A stretch of DNA of 64,000 bases. It comes from an uncultured Rhizobacter sp. GTDB taxonomy: Bacteria > Pseudomonadota > Gammaproteobacteria > Burkholderiales > Burkholderiaceae_C. Below, one piece after another: positions 33,824 to 43,299 of this stretch (its first letter is position 1; every line of letters begins with the position of its first letter). The stretch lies in the NCBI GenBank assembly GCA_964249855.1, contig CAXUDL010000027.1, forward strand, positions 2,953-66,952, read 5' to 3'. The notes under the pieces were generated by a model. That model was not told the DNA's origin. It saw nothing but the letters and a program-made list of their open reading frames with translations, and ran no database searches. Made by a program: the position numbers and the translations under genes.

Positions 33824-34695
33824 AGGTCGCGGTGACGGGGGCGAGCGGCTTCCTCGGACGCCACGTCCTGGAACGCCTGCTCTGCCGCCGCGATCTGCGC
33901 ATCGTCGCAAGCTCTCGCAGCAAGCCAGCCGCTTTGCCCGAGGGCCTCGCTGGCCTGGCCTGGGTGCCGATGGACATGGCAGATGCATCGGAGCAGTCCT
34001 TTGTCAGGCTCGGAGAGCCGGATGTGCTGATCCACATGGCTTGGGGCGGATTGCCGCGCTACCGCTCGTTGCATCACTATGAAGTCGAGCTCGGACTTCA
34101 GTACCGGTTCCTCGCGGCCCTGCTGAGGGCGGGACTGGCCCGCCTCGTCTGCACCGGCACCTGCTTCGAGTACGGCATGCGCTTCGGACCGCAGCACGAG
34201 AGCGATGTGCCAGACCCTGGCAACCCCTACGGCCTGGCCAAGCACGTACTGCGGCGCCAGCTCGACTTCCTGAACGGTGAAAAGTCTTTCTCGCTGCTAT
34301 GGGCCCGGCTGTTCTACCTGTACGGGCCCGGACAAGCCCCTTCCTCGCTGTACTGTCAGTTGCATGCGGCCATCGAGCGAGGCGACGCGGCGTTTCCGAT
34401 GTCGGGTGGGGAGCAGCTGCGCGATTTCCTGCCGGTGACCGAGGCTGCGGAATCGATCGTGCAGCTGGCGCTCGATTCCGGCGCCGAGGGCTTGGTCAAC
34501 ATCTGCTCCGGGCAGCCGGTGTCGGTGCGCTCGCTCGTCGAACGCTGGCGCGACGAAGCGAGGGCGAGCCTGGTCCTAGAGCGCGGCCGCTTCCCTTACC
34601 CCAACCACGAGCCGCTGGCGTTCTGGGGTTCGCGCGAGCGCCTGGACGCGCTGCTGCGGCGCGCAGATTTGACGGCCGGTTCTGCTGCTTCGTGA
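33820..34695 (+). CDS. NAD(P)-dependent SDR, likely NDP-4-keto-sugar reductase
   Basis: MKVAVTGASGFLGRHV (GxxGxxG), YGLAKHV (YxxxK). ATG 33820 overlaps the C-MTase stop. Confidence 0.75.
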   Translation: MKVAVTGASGFLGRHVLERLLCRRDLRIVASSRSKPAALPEGLAGLAWVPMDMADASEQSFVRLGEPDVLIHMAWGGLPRYRSLHHYEVELGLQYRFLAALLRAGLARLVCTGTCFEYGMRFGPQHESDVPDPGNPYGLAKHVLRRQLDFLNGEKSFSLLWARLFYLYGPGQAPSSLYCQLHAAIERGDAAFPMSGGEQLRDFLPVTEAAESIVQLALDSGAEGLVNICSGQPVSVRSLVERWRDEARASLVLERGRFPYPNHEPLAFWGSRERLDALLRRADLTAGSAAS

Positions 34696-36044
34696 ATACG
34701 CTGCTGATCCTGGCGGCTTCGCTGTGGTCGATCGCCATGCTGATCGTCAGCCTGCGACTGCCGACGCCGCTCGGACGGTACCGACCTGCGAGCCTGCTGA
34801 TCGCGCTGCTCTGCGCTTACAACGTCGTTCCCTTCCTCCTCGTAGGCCTTTTCCGCACCGAGGCCGAGGCCTTGATCAGCGGCGTCTTCGAGTACTACGC
34901 GCCAGACCGACTGGTCGCGCTCCTGGGCTACGTCGCGGCAGTCACCACGTCGACGGTCGGCGGCCAGGCGCTAGCCCTTCACCTGGGCGGGCGCCAAAGG
35001 CGGCAGGGCCGCAGGGCCCCTGTCTGGTTTCCAGCGTCGGCGATGGATTCGCGGCGGGCCGGGATGGTGGCCTTCTGGCTGGCGACGGCGCTGGCGGCGA
35101 CCCTTTCCTATCAATTGCGCGGCTTGCTGCTCGGTGGCTACCATGAGTCGTTCGGCGAGGACGATGCCGAAGTGTTTCACCGCGGCACGCTGTCGTCCGC
35201 CTTCGTGTTGATGCTCGTCGCCTATCTGTTCGTCCGCTTCGTGTCTCAGGGCCGCTGGCTCGCCAAGCCGCACCGTCTCGCCGACCTGGCGTCGACGCTT
35301 GCCTTGCTAGGGATCGGCGGGGCGCTGCTGTCGCTCGGCGGGCGGCTCTATGTCGTTTCGGCGCTCGTGCTGTTGCTGATGCTCCGCGCGAGTCGCAACG
35401 CGGCGCCCTTGCGGAACGCGCGGCGCCTCTGGCTGCTGACAGGCGCGGGGATGACCGCCATCTCGCTGGTCGGCTTGTGGCGGACCGATGCCGACTTCTC
35501 GATTACCGCGCTGCTGATCAACCTGCTGTCCGAGCCAGGGTTCGTCTCGATCTCGCTCGCCTCCCTGATGGGGGCGAACGCCGTTCCGGCGCTGCACGCG
35601 CCCACGTTCCTGCTCGGCGACGCGGTCGGGCTCGCGCCGGCCTTCGTCTACCCGGACAAGATCAATCGGCTGTTTTCTCTTCGGCAGGAATTCGACGTCA
35701 GTTCGCCCTTCGGCGGGTTGAACGGCTTGGCGTCGACGACTGCCAATTTCGGCTGGGCCGGCGCGATCGTCGTTGCGTTCTTGCTCGGTGCCGCGACCAC
35801 CGCTTTCTCGGTATGGGCGTCACGCGCGTCACCGTACGCAAGACGGCGCTGGGTAGTCGTCGTAGCCACTGCGCTGCCGGCGTTGTCGCTGTACCGCGAC
35901 CCGTTTGTGATCTCGGTCTACAAAAACCTGCTGCAGAATGCGATCGTCTTCCCGTTGTTGCTCGTGGTGGCGGGGCACGGCTGGGGAATTCTCCGACGCG
36001 GCGGTGTGAGACTCCCGACCGCCTCGGCCGCACGGCCCGCGTGA
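34692..36044 (+). CDS. polytopic membrane protein, probable O-antigen/repeat-unit polymerase (Wzy-like)
   Basis: About 450 aa from GTG 34692 (GTGA overlap), with at least 10 hydrophobic segments and no soluble domain. Wzy assignment rests on context and topology only. Confidence 0.5.
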   Translation: MNTLLILAASLWSIAMLIVSLRLPTPLGRYRPASLLIALLCAYNVVPFLLVGLFRTEAEALISGVFEYYAPDRLVALLGYVAAVTTSTVGGQALALHLGGRQRRQGRRAPVWFPASAMDSRRAGMVAFWLATALAATLSYQLRGLLLGGYHESFGEDDAEVFHRGTLSSAFVLMLVAYLFVRFVSQGRWLAKPHRLADLASTLALLGIGGALLSLGGRLYVVSALVLLLMLRASRNAAPLRNARRLWLLTGAGMTAISLVGLWRTDADFSITALLINLLSEPGFVSISLASLMGANAVPALHAPTFLLGDAVGLAPAFVYPDKINRLFSLRQEFDVSSPFGGLNGLASTTANFGWAGAIVVAFLLGAATTAFSVWASRASPYARRRWVVVVATALPALSLYRDPFVISVYKNLLQNAIVFPLLLVVAGHGWGILRRGGVRLPTASAARPA

Positions 36045-36046
36045 CA

Positions 36047-36976
36047 ATGCTTAGCCGTCGGATCCGGATTTACTACCACCTCTTCAACGGACCATCCTGG
36101 CAGCCCGTCTGGGCGATGCATCGTCCTCGACTCCAAACCTTGATCGAACACGACGCCGTCGATCGGCTCGTCGTCTGCGCCTTTGGCTTTGACGCCAAGC
36201 CGGAGCTCGGCTTGCAAGTGCGGCACGGCGTCGACTTGCGGCTGTCGCGGCGGTTGCCGACGCTGGTCAACGAGTTCGATACGCTCGCCGAATTGCGCCG
36301 CGATGCCTGCGGGCCGGATCCGGCGTTCGCACACGTAGCCTATCTGCACAGCAAGGGCGCGTCGGCGCCGCGGTTGACGCTTCAGGCATCGAGTTGGACC
36401 GACTGGCTGAGCGACGCACACGCGGGGCTGGTCACTCGCTTCGACGGACTGGCGCGTGCGGGGTTCGGCGCTGCCGGCGCCAATCTCGCGTGGGGCGTGT
36501 TCGACCATTTCGAGCCGCCACGCTTGCACTACTCCGGCAATTTCTGGTGCGCGACGCGCGAGCAGGTGCGCGCGGCGCCTTCAATCAACCCCGACCAGCG
36601 CCAGTCATCGATACGGCACAATGCTGAATGGTGGCTTTCGGCGGGCTCGAAGCTTCCGCATTTCAACCTCTTTTGCTCCGGGCTAGACCATTACGCCCCC
36701 GAGGGGGTCGAGATCGACCGGCTCCGGTTGGCCGCCCGGCTTTCTGCACTCGACGGTGCCCTCGACGTGGTCGGGCGGGCCATGGCGCAACAGGACTTCG
36801 TGTGCCGTCAGCTGCGGTCGGCTATCGGAGCGGCGCCGTGGCGCCGATGCCTAGCCATCATGTCGCTGGCTGCGCTGCCCTATGGCCGCTGGCCGCGACT
36901 CTTCTTGGCCCATGACCGGGCCATGCGGCTTCTCGGATCGCGGAAATCGACCTACTTCTACTGCCCCGAAACGTGA
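36047..36976 (+). CDS. hypothetical soluble protein, family not recognised (YLHSKG ... HYSGNFWCA motifs)
   Basis: 309 aa from ATG 36047, 2 nt after the Wzy-like stop. The GT2 start overlaps its stop (GTGA). Coding-like composition. Confidence 0.6.
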   Translation: MLSRRIRIYYHLFNGPSWQPVWAMHRPRLQTLIEHDAVDRLVVCAFGFDAKPELGLQVRHGVDLRLSRRLPTLVNEFDTLAELRRDACGPDPAFAHVAYLHSKGASAPRLTLQASSWTDWLSDAHAGLVTRFDGLARAGFGAAGANLAWGVFDHFEPPRLHYSGNFWCATREQVRAAPSINPDQRQSSIRHNAEWWLSAGSKLPHFNLFCSGLDHYAPEGVEIDRLRLAARLSALDGALDVVGRAMAQQDFVCRQLRSAIGAAPWRRCLAIMSLAALPYGRWPRLFLAHDRAMRLLGSRKSTYFYCPET

Positions 36977-38013
36977 ACACCCCTGCGCCGGAAGCCTTGC
37001 TGGGATTCGCCATCCCTGTCTATAACCGACCCGAATTCCTTGACTCAGCGCTTGCGAGCATCGTGCCGCAGGCCGGGCCTATCGGCGCACCGATCTTTAT
37101 CCCGGACAACGCTTGCGGACCGACGCACGTCGAGGTGATTGCCCGCTGGCGGCAACGCCATCCGAACATCGTCCACGAGATCAACGACACCAACATCGGC
37201 ATCGACGCCAACGTCGACAAGGCTATCGCACGTTGCCCTGCGCGCTATGTTTTCGTTCTCGGCGATGACGACCTGATCCTTCCGGGCTTCGTTAGTGCCG
37301 TGCTCGACGTGCTGCGTCGCGACCAACCCGCACACATCCTGTGCGCGTACATGTATCTCGACAACGCCCAACGGCCGATTACCGGCCGTTCCGTCCTGCC
37401 AGCCGAAGCCGCCGGCCGGACTTTTGGGGCGGTCCTCGTCGAGCACGGATGGGCGCTCGGCTTCATCGGTGCCCACATTTTCAACCGTGCACGCTACACC
37501 CGCTGCGCGGCCTCGGCGATGGGCTCCTACTTCAATCACGTTGCCAAGATCATCGCGGTCGTACAGCCGGATGATCAGATCCCGATCATCACCACGCCGC
37601 GGGTCGGAAACCGGGCCGACGACGAAACGACGCCGACCTGGTCGGGAGACCGGCTCAACGTCCTGTTCGGGCTAGAGCGAGTGATGCGGCAGTCGATGGC
37701 AGGGCGTTATGCCCCACAGGACATCGAAGCGGCGGTATTCAACGCCCGCAGACAGCTCGGTTATGCGCAGACCGTGCGTTTGCTTTACTGGGCCGCACTG
37801 GCGAAGGCGTCGGGTCGCGCCGACGGCTACTGGCAGTCTTTGGCCGCGCTTGTGCCGTTCGAGCAATACCGTCGTCTTCGGCGGTTTCCTGCACCGTTGC
37901 TGCCGCTCCTGGCCCGATTGTTCCCGCTGGCTCGCCGACTCAAGCGCTACCGGGCCAAGCGCGCGTTGATCGCCTTTTCGCCAACGCCGACGGCGCGCGA
38001 CTCCGCGGCGTGA
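36973..38013 (+). CDS. glycosyltransferase family 2
   Basis: FAIPVYNRPEFLDSALASI..., PDNACGP and LGDDDLI (DxD) GT-A signatures. Confidence 0.8.
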   Translation: MNTPAPEALLGFAIPVYNRPEFLDSALASIVPQAGPIGAPIFIPDNACGPTHVEVIARWRQRHPNIVHEINDTNIGIDANVDKAIARCPARYVFVLGDDDLILPGFVSAVLDVLRRDQPAHILCAYMYLDNAQRPITGRSVLPAEAAGRTFGAVLVEHGWALGFIGAHIFNRARYTRCAASAMGSYFNHVAKIIAVVQPDDQIPIITTPRVGNRADDETTPTWSGDRLNVLFGLERVMRQSMAGRYAPQDIEAAVFNARRQLGYAQTVRLLYWAALAKASGRADGYWQSLAALVPFEQYRRLRRFPAPLLPLLARLFPLARRLKRYRAKRALIAFSPTPTARDSAA

Positions 38014-38056
38014 AGGCGCTCGCGGAGCGCGGCTTGAAAGGCCTGCGGGGGGGCGA

Positions 38057-39352
38057 ATGAGCATCGTCCGAAACAGCGCCTGGAACACCTTGGGGGTGGT
38101 GGTCCCTTCCCTTGTTGCTATTCCGACATTCGCCTTCTATGCGCGCGTCCTCGGCGTCGAACGGCTGGGATTGCTGACCATTGCCCTGGCGGCGATGGGC
38201 TACGCATCGAGTCTCGACCTCGGACTTTCGAGGGCGCTGATCAGGCAGGTTGCCATCGATCAGGATCAACCGGCAACGGTGCGATCGCTGATGAGCACAG
38301 CAACACTGTGCGTCTTCGCCTTGTCGTTGGCGCTCGCACTTGGCGGGTGGTTGGCCGCACCGGCGCTGGCGGGCTACCTAAAGGTGTCGGCCGATGTCCG
38401 GCCGGACGCGATCGCAGGATTCCACTGGTTGAGTCTCACGATCGTTCCCTACCTTCTTGCCATCGTCGGCTCCGCGTACTTCGAAGGGCGCGAGGACTTC
38501 GTCGCCGTGAACGTCATACGCACCGTCACGGCGCTGGTGAACGCCGTCGGCGGGGTGGCGGCACTCCTGTTGAGCCCGACGCTCGAGGCAGCGCTGATTG
38601 CGTTGTTTGTTGCACGCCTGCTCACCTGCGCCGTGACCTTTCACTGGTATTGGGTCCGCATCAAGCGAGATGCGGGCGGACGGGTGCCCGCGTTCCGCGC
38701 CGACCTGCTGTCCAAGCTGCTGCACTATGGAAGTTGGCTGACCGTCAGCAACATCGTCGGACCGCTGATGTCGCACTTCGATCGGTTCGTGCTCTCCAAC
38801 ATTTCGGGTGCGAGCGTGGTCGCCTTCTACACGGTGCCCGCCGAAGCGGTCGTCCGCGCGTCGATGTTCCCGTCCGCCGTGTCGAGAGCGCTGTTTCCCC
38901 GTCTCAGTCGCGGCGGCCTTTCCTCGGAATCGGACCGTCGAATCGCGCGTCGACTCACCCTTTCGAGCTGCGCCCTAACGCTACTCCCACTGTTCATCGG
39001 TGCCAACTGGGTGCTTGGGGTATGGATCGGGCCCGAATACGTCGGAACGCCTGGACTGGTGCTGCGCATCCTCGTGATCGGCTGGTTCTTCAACGCCCTT
39101 GCGCTCGACCCATTCACTCACCTACAGGCCAAAGGGCAATCGAGGGTGACCGCGCTGATCCATGCCGGCGAGCTGCTGCCGTACCTCGGGCTCCTGTACG
39201 TGCTCACGCTGAACTTCGGCATAGTCGGAACCGCCGTCGCCTGGACGTTGCGGTCGCTGATCGACTATCTGCTCATGGCCTTCTGCGCACGGACGCCGCG
39301 AGCCGTCATCGCTTCGCACGCGCCTGGCGCAGTCGGTGAGCCAGGCGGCTGA
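38057..39352 (+). CDS. wzx: Wzx-type oligosaccharide flippase (MOP superfamily)
   Basis: MSIVRNSAWNTLGVVVPSLVAIPTFAFYARVLGVERLGLLTIA..., about 12 TM segments, the typical polysaccharide-biosynthesis-protein N-terminus. Confidence 0.8.
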   Translation: MSIVRNSAWNTLGVVVPSLVAIPTFAFYARVLGVERLGLLTIALAAMGYASSLDLGLSRALIRQVAIDQDQPATVRSLMSTATLCVFALSLALALGGWLAAPALAGYLKVSADVRPDAIAGFHWLSLTIVPYLLAIVGSAYFEGREDFVAVNVIRTVTALVNAVGGVAALLLSPTLEAALIALFVARLLTCAVTFHWYWVRIKRDAGGRVPAFRADLLSKLLHYGSWLTVSNIVGPLMSHFDRFVLSNISGASVVAFYTVPAEAVVRASMFPSAVSRALFPRLSRGGLSSESDRRIARRLTLSSCALTLLPLFIGANWVLGVWIGPEYVGTPGLVLRILVIGWFFNALALDPFTHLQAKGQSRVTALIHAGELLPYLGLLYVLTLNFGIVGTAVAWTLRSLIDYLLMAFCARTPRAVIASHAPGAVGEPGG

Positions 39353-40040
39353 CGACCGGGACAGGCGGGGTGATGAAGTCCTCGATCGACGAATGGCCGC
39401 GGCGCTCATGCGATGGCGCCTCCATGGGCCGCTTCTCGATGACCAGAACGCTGTCGTAATAGTGAAGCGAATGAACCGAGCGGGTGAAGTCGGACACCGC
39501 GAGCTGATTCTCATCGCGCGAATGCCAGGCATTGATCCGGTCGATAAAGTCCTTGCTGTATTCGATGAAGGAACCGGGGCGACGCACCCCCCCGCCGAAG
39601 TGCTTCCAGTACGAGGTGTGCAGGTCTTCGATGAGGTAGACGCCATTGGCCTTGACCTTGCCGAACAGTTCCTCGAACGTGTGTTTCTGCTGACGCATCG
39701 TGTGGCCACCGTCGTCAATCAGAATGTCAATATCGGGAACCTCCGTTGCGACCGAACGCAAGAAGTTGCGGTCTTCCTGGTCGCCGATCAAGATGCGGAT
39801 ACCAGGCCCCTCAAATTGTTTGCAGGCGGCGTTGATGTCGACGCCGAAGATCTCGACCTGATCGCCGAAATAGTCTTGCCACATCTGCACAGAGCCGCCC
39901 TGCGAGACGCCGAACTCGAGCAGCTTGACCGGTCGACCGCGAAAGCGAGAGAAGTGCCTATCGTAGATTTCGAAGTAATGACGCCACTTGTGGATCAGGC
40001 GTCCATCGTGTCGATCAAAGAATTTTTGCAGGTCGTTCAT
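39306..40040 (-). CDS. class I SAM-dependent methyltransferase (sugar O-methyltransferase-like)
   Basis: MNDLQKFFDRHDGRLIHKWRHYFEIYDRHF..LLEFGVSQGGS..IDDGGHTMRQQ..YLIEDLHTSYW. ATG at 40040. It is the only minus-strand gene in module A and overlaps the wzx 3' end by 47 nt. Lower GC. Confidence 0.75.
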   Translation of the reverse strand: MNDLQKFFDRHDGRLIHKWRHYFEIYDRHFSRFRGRPVKLLEFGVSQGGSVQMWQDYFGDQVEIFGVDINAACKQFEGPGIRILIGDQEDRNFLRSVATEVPDIDILIDDGGHTMRQQKHTFEELFGKVKANGVYLIEDLHTSYWKHFGGGVRRPGSFIEYSKDFIDRINAWHSRDENQLAVSDFTRSVHSLHYYDSVLVIEKRPMEAPSHERRGHSSIEDFITPPVPVVSRLAHRLRQARAKR

Positions 40041-40199
40041 GTGAAGTTGAGGCGTCTTTCTTCCGGCCGCGATGATAGTTCGACCCGAAGCTTGGCCCTG
40101 AAGCATGTCGGCGAGGCCGATGCTGAGCGGTAGACTCGCAGATGCCGATCTGCAGCCCGTCGGGCCCACGGCCGAGAATGCAGCGCGAGCCTTTTCATC

Positions 40200-41264
40200 T
40201 TGAACACAACGCCGTTCAAACGCTCGATTGACGATGACTGGCCGGCCGCCGGTCTCGAGCGCATCCTCGCATGTCCTGTCTGCCGCTCGCGGGCGCGCGA
40301 ACCGCTGCACCGCGCGCTCGAGGACGAGACGTTTCACACGGCGCCGGGCCGGTGGGACCTCTTTCGATGCCGGTCCTGCGCCTCGGCGTACCTCGATCCG
40401 CGGCCTTCAGAAGACACCATCGGACTTGCCTACGAGCGCTACTACACACATGGCGATAGCCCTGCGCCCACTGACGGCCGTCTGAAGGCGGCACTGCGCC
40501 GGGTGATCGATCGCTGGTCGTCTGCTTATGAGCGGCAGCGGCTGTTGCGGTCGCCCGTGACGCGCCTCGACCGCTGGCGCGCGAACGTCGTCGCCGCCAT
40601 CGGCCCGGCCAGGGAAGTGCTCGACGCGAAGTACCGGCACCTTCGGAGTGACAGCGCCCGACTGCGGGTGCTCGACGTGGGATGCGGCGATGGAGCGTTT
40701 CTCCGGCGCGCTCGCGACATCGGCTGCGACACCGAGGGCATCGACTTCGACGCCAACGCCGTCGCCGCCGCAAGACGCCAGGGCTTCGACGTAACGCTCG
40801 GGTCCATCGACACCTATTCGGACCTTCGCGATGCCTTCGACGTCATTACCTGCAACCACGTGATCGAGCACGTGCCGGACGCCTTGCATCTCCTCCGCGC
40901 GTTGCACCGACTGCTCAAGCCCGGCGGCCTGCTCTGGCTCGAGACCCCGAACGTCGACGCCGTCGGCCACGAGCTGTTTGGACGGCACTGGCGCGGCTTG
41001 GAGGTGCCGCGCCACGTGACGATATTCAGCCATCAAGGGCTGCTGCGAAGCGTCCGCGAAGCGGGATTTGAAATCCGCAATGCCACCCCGTGGAACTTCA
41101 AGCACATCCTCTACATGCATGCCGCTAGCCGTCAGTTGCAAACATCCGCCGGTGTTGGCGTCGGCAGGGTCGCCTCGCATTTCCGCGCTCTGTCGATGCT
41201 GGTCCGCGAAGCTTTGAATCCGGCACGGCGCGAGTTCGTTCTCGTGCGATGCCGCAAGCCCTGA
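40200..41264 (+). CDS. class I SAM-dependent methyltransferase with N-terminal Cys4 zinc ribbon
   Basis: CPVCRS...CRSCAS, SAM box VLDVGCGDGAFL, FDVITCNHVIEHVPD, LKPGGLLWLETPN. TTG start as in the track. Confidence 0.75.
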   Translation: MNTTPFKRSIDDDWPAAGLERILACPVCRSRAREPLHRALEDETFHTAPGRWDLFRCRSCASAYLDPRPSEDTIGLAYERYYTHGDSPAPTDGRLKAALRRVIDRWSSAYERQRLLRSPVTRLDRWRANVVAAIGPAREVLDAKYRHLRSDSARLRVLDVGCGDGAFLRRARDIGCDTEGIDFDANAVAAARRQGFDVTLGSIDTYSDLRDAFDVITCNHVIEHVPDALHLLRALHRLLKPGGLLWLETPNVDAVGHELFGRHWRGLEVPRHVTIFSHQGLLRSVREAGFEIRNATPWNFKHILYMHAASRQLQTSAGVGVGRVASHFRALSMLVREALNPARREFVLVRCRKP

Positions 41265-42445
41265 GCGCGTCGTCGGACGGCAGTCTTGATCCGGGCCGCC
41301 GTCCCGCGTCGACGCGCGCGCGCGCCGTTGCGGGCGGCCGCCCCGGTTCGCCGTTCGGGATCGGCTGCCTGATCGTCGCCCGCAATCTCGGCGACGCGGC
41401 CATGACCGCCCGAGTGGCGCAGTCGTTGATCGAGTCGGGCCGTTTTTCTCGGCTCGTCGTCTGGACGTTTCCGCAGGCGCGCTTTCTCTTCGACGCCCTG
41501 CCGGGGTGCCGAGTCGTGGTCTCCGACTTTCCAATGGGTGCCACGCTACGCCACTTCGGCCGCGGTGGATGGCGCAGCTTCGTCGAGGCGCTTCGCACAC
41601 TGCGGGTCATGCGTCCGGACACGTCGATCGAGCTTGTGGGCGACCTGCGCGAGCGGCTCGTCGCGGCGCTGATCGGCGCGCGTTTCCGCGTGTCCCCAGC
41701 GTGGCATCGGCGCCATCCGTTCCGTCACCACATCCGCCTGCCGGGCCCGCCCCGGGCCGGCGTCGCACCCGTCCCCGACGAGGTGCCCAACATCTATGCG
41801 GCGCAACGCCTGATCCTCGCACGCGACTTCGGCATCAACGTCAGCGCGACTGCTCGGATGGCGGCACCCCTGGAAGCGAGCCGTCGCTTGACAATCGGCT
41901 TCCATCCGTTCGCATCGCATCGCTGCAAAGCGTGGCCGGATGCGTGTTGGCGGGAATGGCTGCAGCAAGTCGGCTCGCGCGGACATCGCATCATCGGCTA
42001 CTGCGCCCCAGCAGACCGCGAGCGCCTCGCCAGCTTGATCCCAACCGGCCTCGCGAACGTCGCCCTCGTGACCGTGCCGTTGCCGCAGCTGCCGGACGCG
42101 ATGCGGCAGCTCGACGTGCTGGTCGGGCTCGATAGCTTCGCTGTGCACCTGGCCGACAAGGTCGGAGTGCGAAGCGTGGTCCTCGTGGGGCCGAACGATC
42201 CGCGTGTTTTCACGCCTCCCCGGGCGACCGCCGTGTTCGTGCCCGCGGCCTGTCCGATCCAGCCCTGCCACGGCAAGCCGCGCTGCGAAGGCACGTCGTT
42301 CGAATTCGCTTGCATGCGCTCGATCCCAGTGGCCGCAGTGACAGCGCTTGCCGAGGGGCACGACACGGCGACGTTGTCCGGCGTCGCCACGTACGTCCCG
42401 GCGCCGTCGGGCGGCGAGGGAGTTGAGCCATGCGCGACGTCCTGA
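41249..42445 (+). CDS. glycosyltransferase family 9 (heptosyltransferase-like)
   Basis: CLIVARNLGDAAM (compare ILVIRLSALGDVVM), CKAWP, LVGLDSFAVHLA and VVLVGPNDP are GT9 hallmarks. The start may lie downstream of 41249. Confidence 0.7.
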   Translation: MPQALSASSDGSLDPGRRPASTRARAVAGGRPGSPFGIGCLIVARNLGDAAMTARVAQSLIESGRFSRLVVWTFPQARFLFDALPGCRVVVSDFPMGATLRHFGRGGWRSFVEALRTLRVMRPDTSIELVGDLRERLVAALIGARFRVSPAWHRRHPFRHHIRLPGPPRAGVAPVPDEVPNIYAAQRLILARDFGINVSATARMAAPLEASRRLTIGFHPFASHRCKAWPDACWREWLQQVGSRGHRIIGYCAPADRERLASLIPTGLANVALVTVPLPQLPDAMRQLDVLVGLDSFAVHLADKVGVRSVVLVGPNDPRVFTPPRATAVFVPAACPIQPCHGKPRCEGTSFEFACMRSIPVAAVTALAEGHDTATLSGVATYVPAPSGGEGVEPCATS

Positions 42446-43215
42446 CGCTCTCAGTCGTGAGCCATGGTCACGGCGCACTGCTCGCTCGCTTGCTCGCTCA
42501 GCTCAACGCTGCCTCGGCGCTCCGCGGCATAGCGGTGTTCGTAACGCTCAACCTCGCCGACGAACCGCTCGACGTCGCGCGATATCAAAACCTCGCCCTC
42601 GAGGTGCGGCGCAACGACACGCCTCGTGGCTTCGGCCAAAACCACAATGCCGCCTTCGGGCGCTGCACCACGCCGTGCTTCGGCATCCTCAATCCCGACC
42701 TGGCCCTGGCGGCGAGCGAGCCCTTCACGGCCCTCGTCGAACGCTTGCTTGCTGAGCGAGACTCCGGCGCGGTGGCGCCGCAGGTCTTGTCCGCCGCGGG
42801 CTCGGTCGAAGACTCGGTCCGGGCCAACTTGACGCCGGCCTCGCTCTTTGCTCGCCAGTTACTGCGCCGACGCGAGCGCCTCGACACCCAGGTGCCGGCG
42901 CGTCGTGGAGTGCCCTTCTACTGGCTGGCCGGCATGTGCCTGGTCGTCGATTCGCAGGCGTTCCGTTTCGTCGGCGGATTCGACGAGCGTTACTTTCTCT
43001 ATTGCGAAGACTACGACTTGTGCGCGCGGCTCTACCTGTCGGGGCGGTCGCTCGTGGTCGAGCCACGCGCCCGAATCGTCCACGACGCGCGCCGCGACAG
43101 CCACGGCTCTCTTCGCCATCTGCGCTGGCACCTGCAGAGCCTGCTCAAGGTCTGGACATCGACAGCCTTCTGGCGCGTCACTCTCGGGCGTCACATGGCA
43201 TCCGGGCAAAGGTGA
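42430..43215 (+). CDS. glycosyltransferase family 2 (rhamnosyltransferase-like)
   Basis: LSVVSHGHGALL, NDTPRGFGQNHN and YFLYCEDYDLCARL motifs. Confidence 0.75.
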   Translation: MRDVLTLSVVSHGHGALLARLLAQLNAASALRGIAVFVTLNLADEPLDVARYQNLALEVRRNDTPRGFGQNHNAAFGRCTTPCFGILNPDLALAASEPFTALVERLLAERDSGAVAPQVLSAAGSVEDSVRANLTPASLFARQLLRRRERLDTQVPARRGVPFYWLAGMCLVVDSQAFRFVGGFDERYFLYCEDYDLCARLYLSGRSLVVEPRARIVHDARRDSHGSLRHLRWHLQSLLKVWTSTAFWRVTLGRHMASGQR

Positions 43216-43299
43216 AACGGCGTCGATGCCGCGCAACGCCCGGTGTCGGCGCCCGTTCCCCGTCCCGAATAATCCTTTAGTCGATCGTCGACCGCCACC

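Noticed and set aside
38047-38053. G7 homopolymer just upstream of the wzx start, considered as a phase-variation tract
   Set aside because: Seven G's in a 70% GC genome is unremarkable. It lies in the 43-nt intergenic spacer rather than in a reading frame, and no other contingency-locus features are present.
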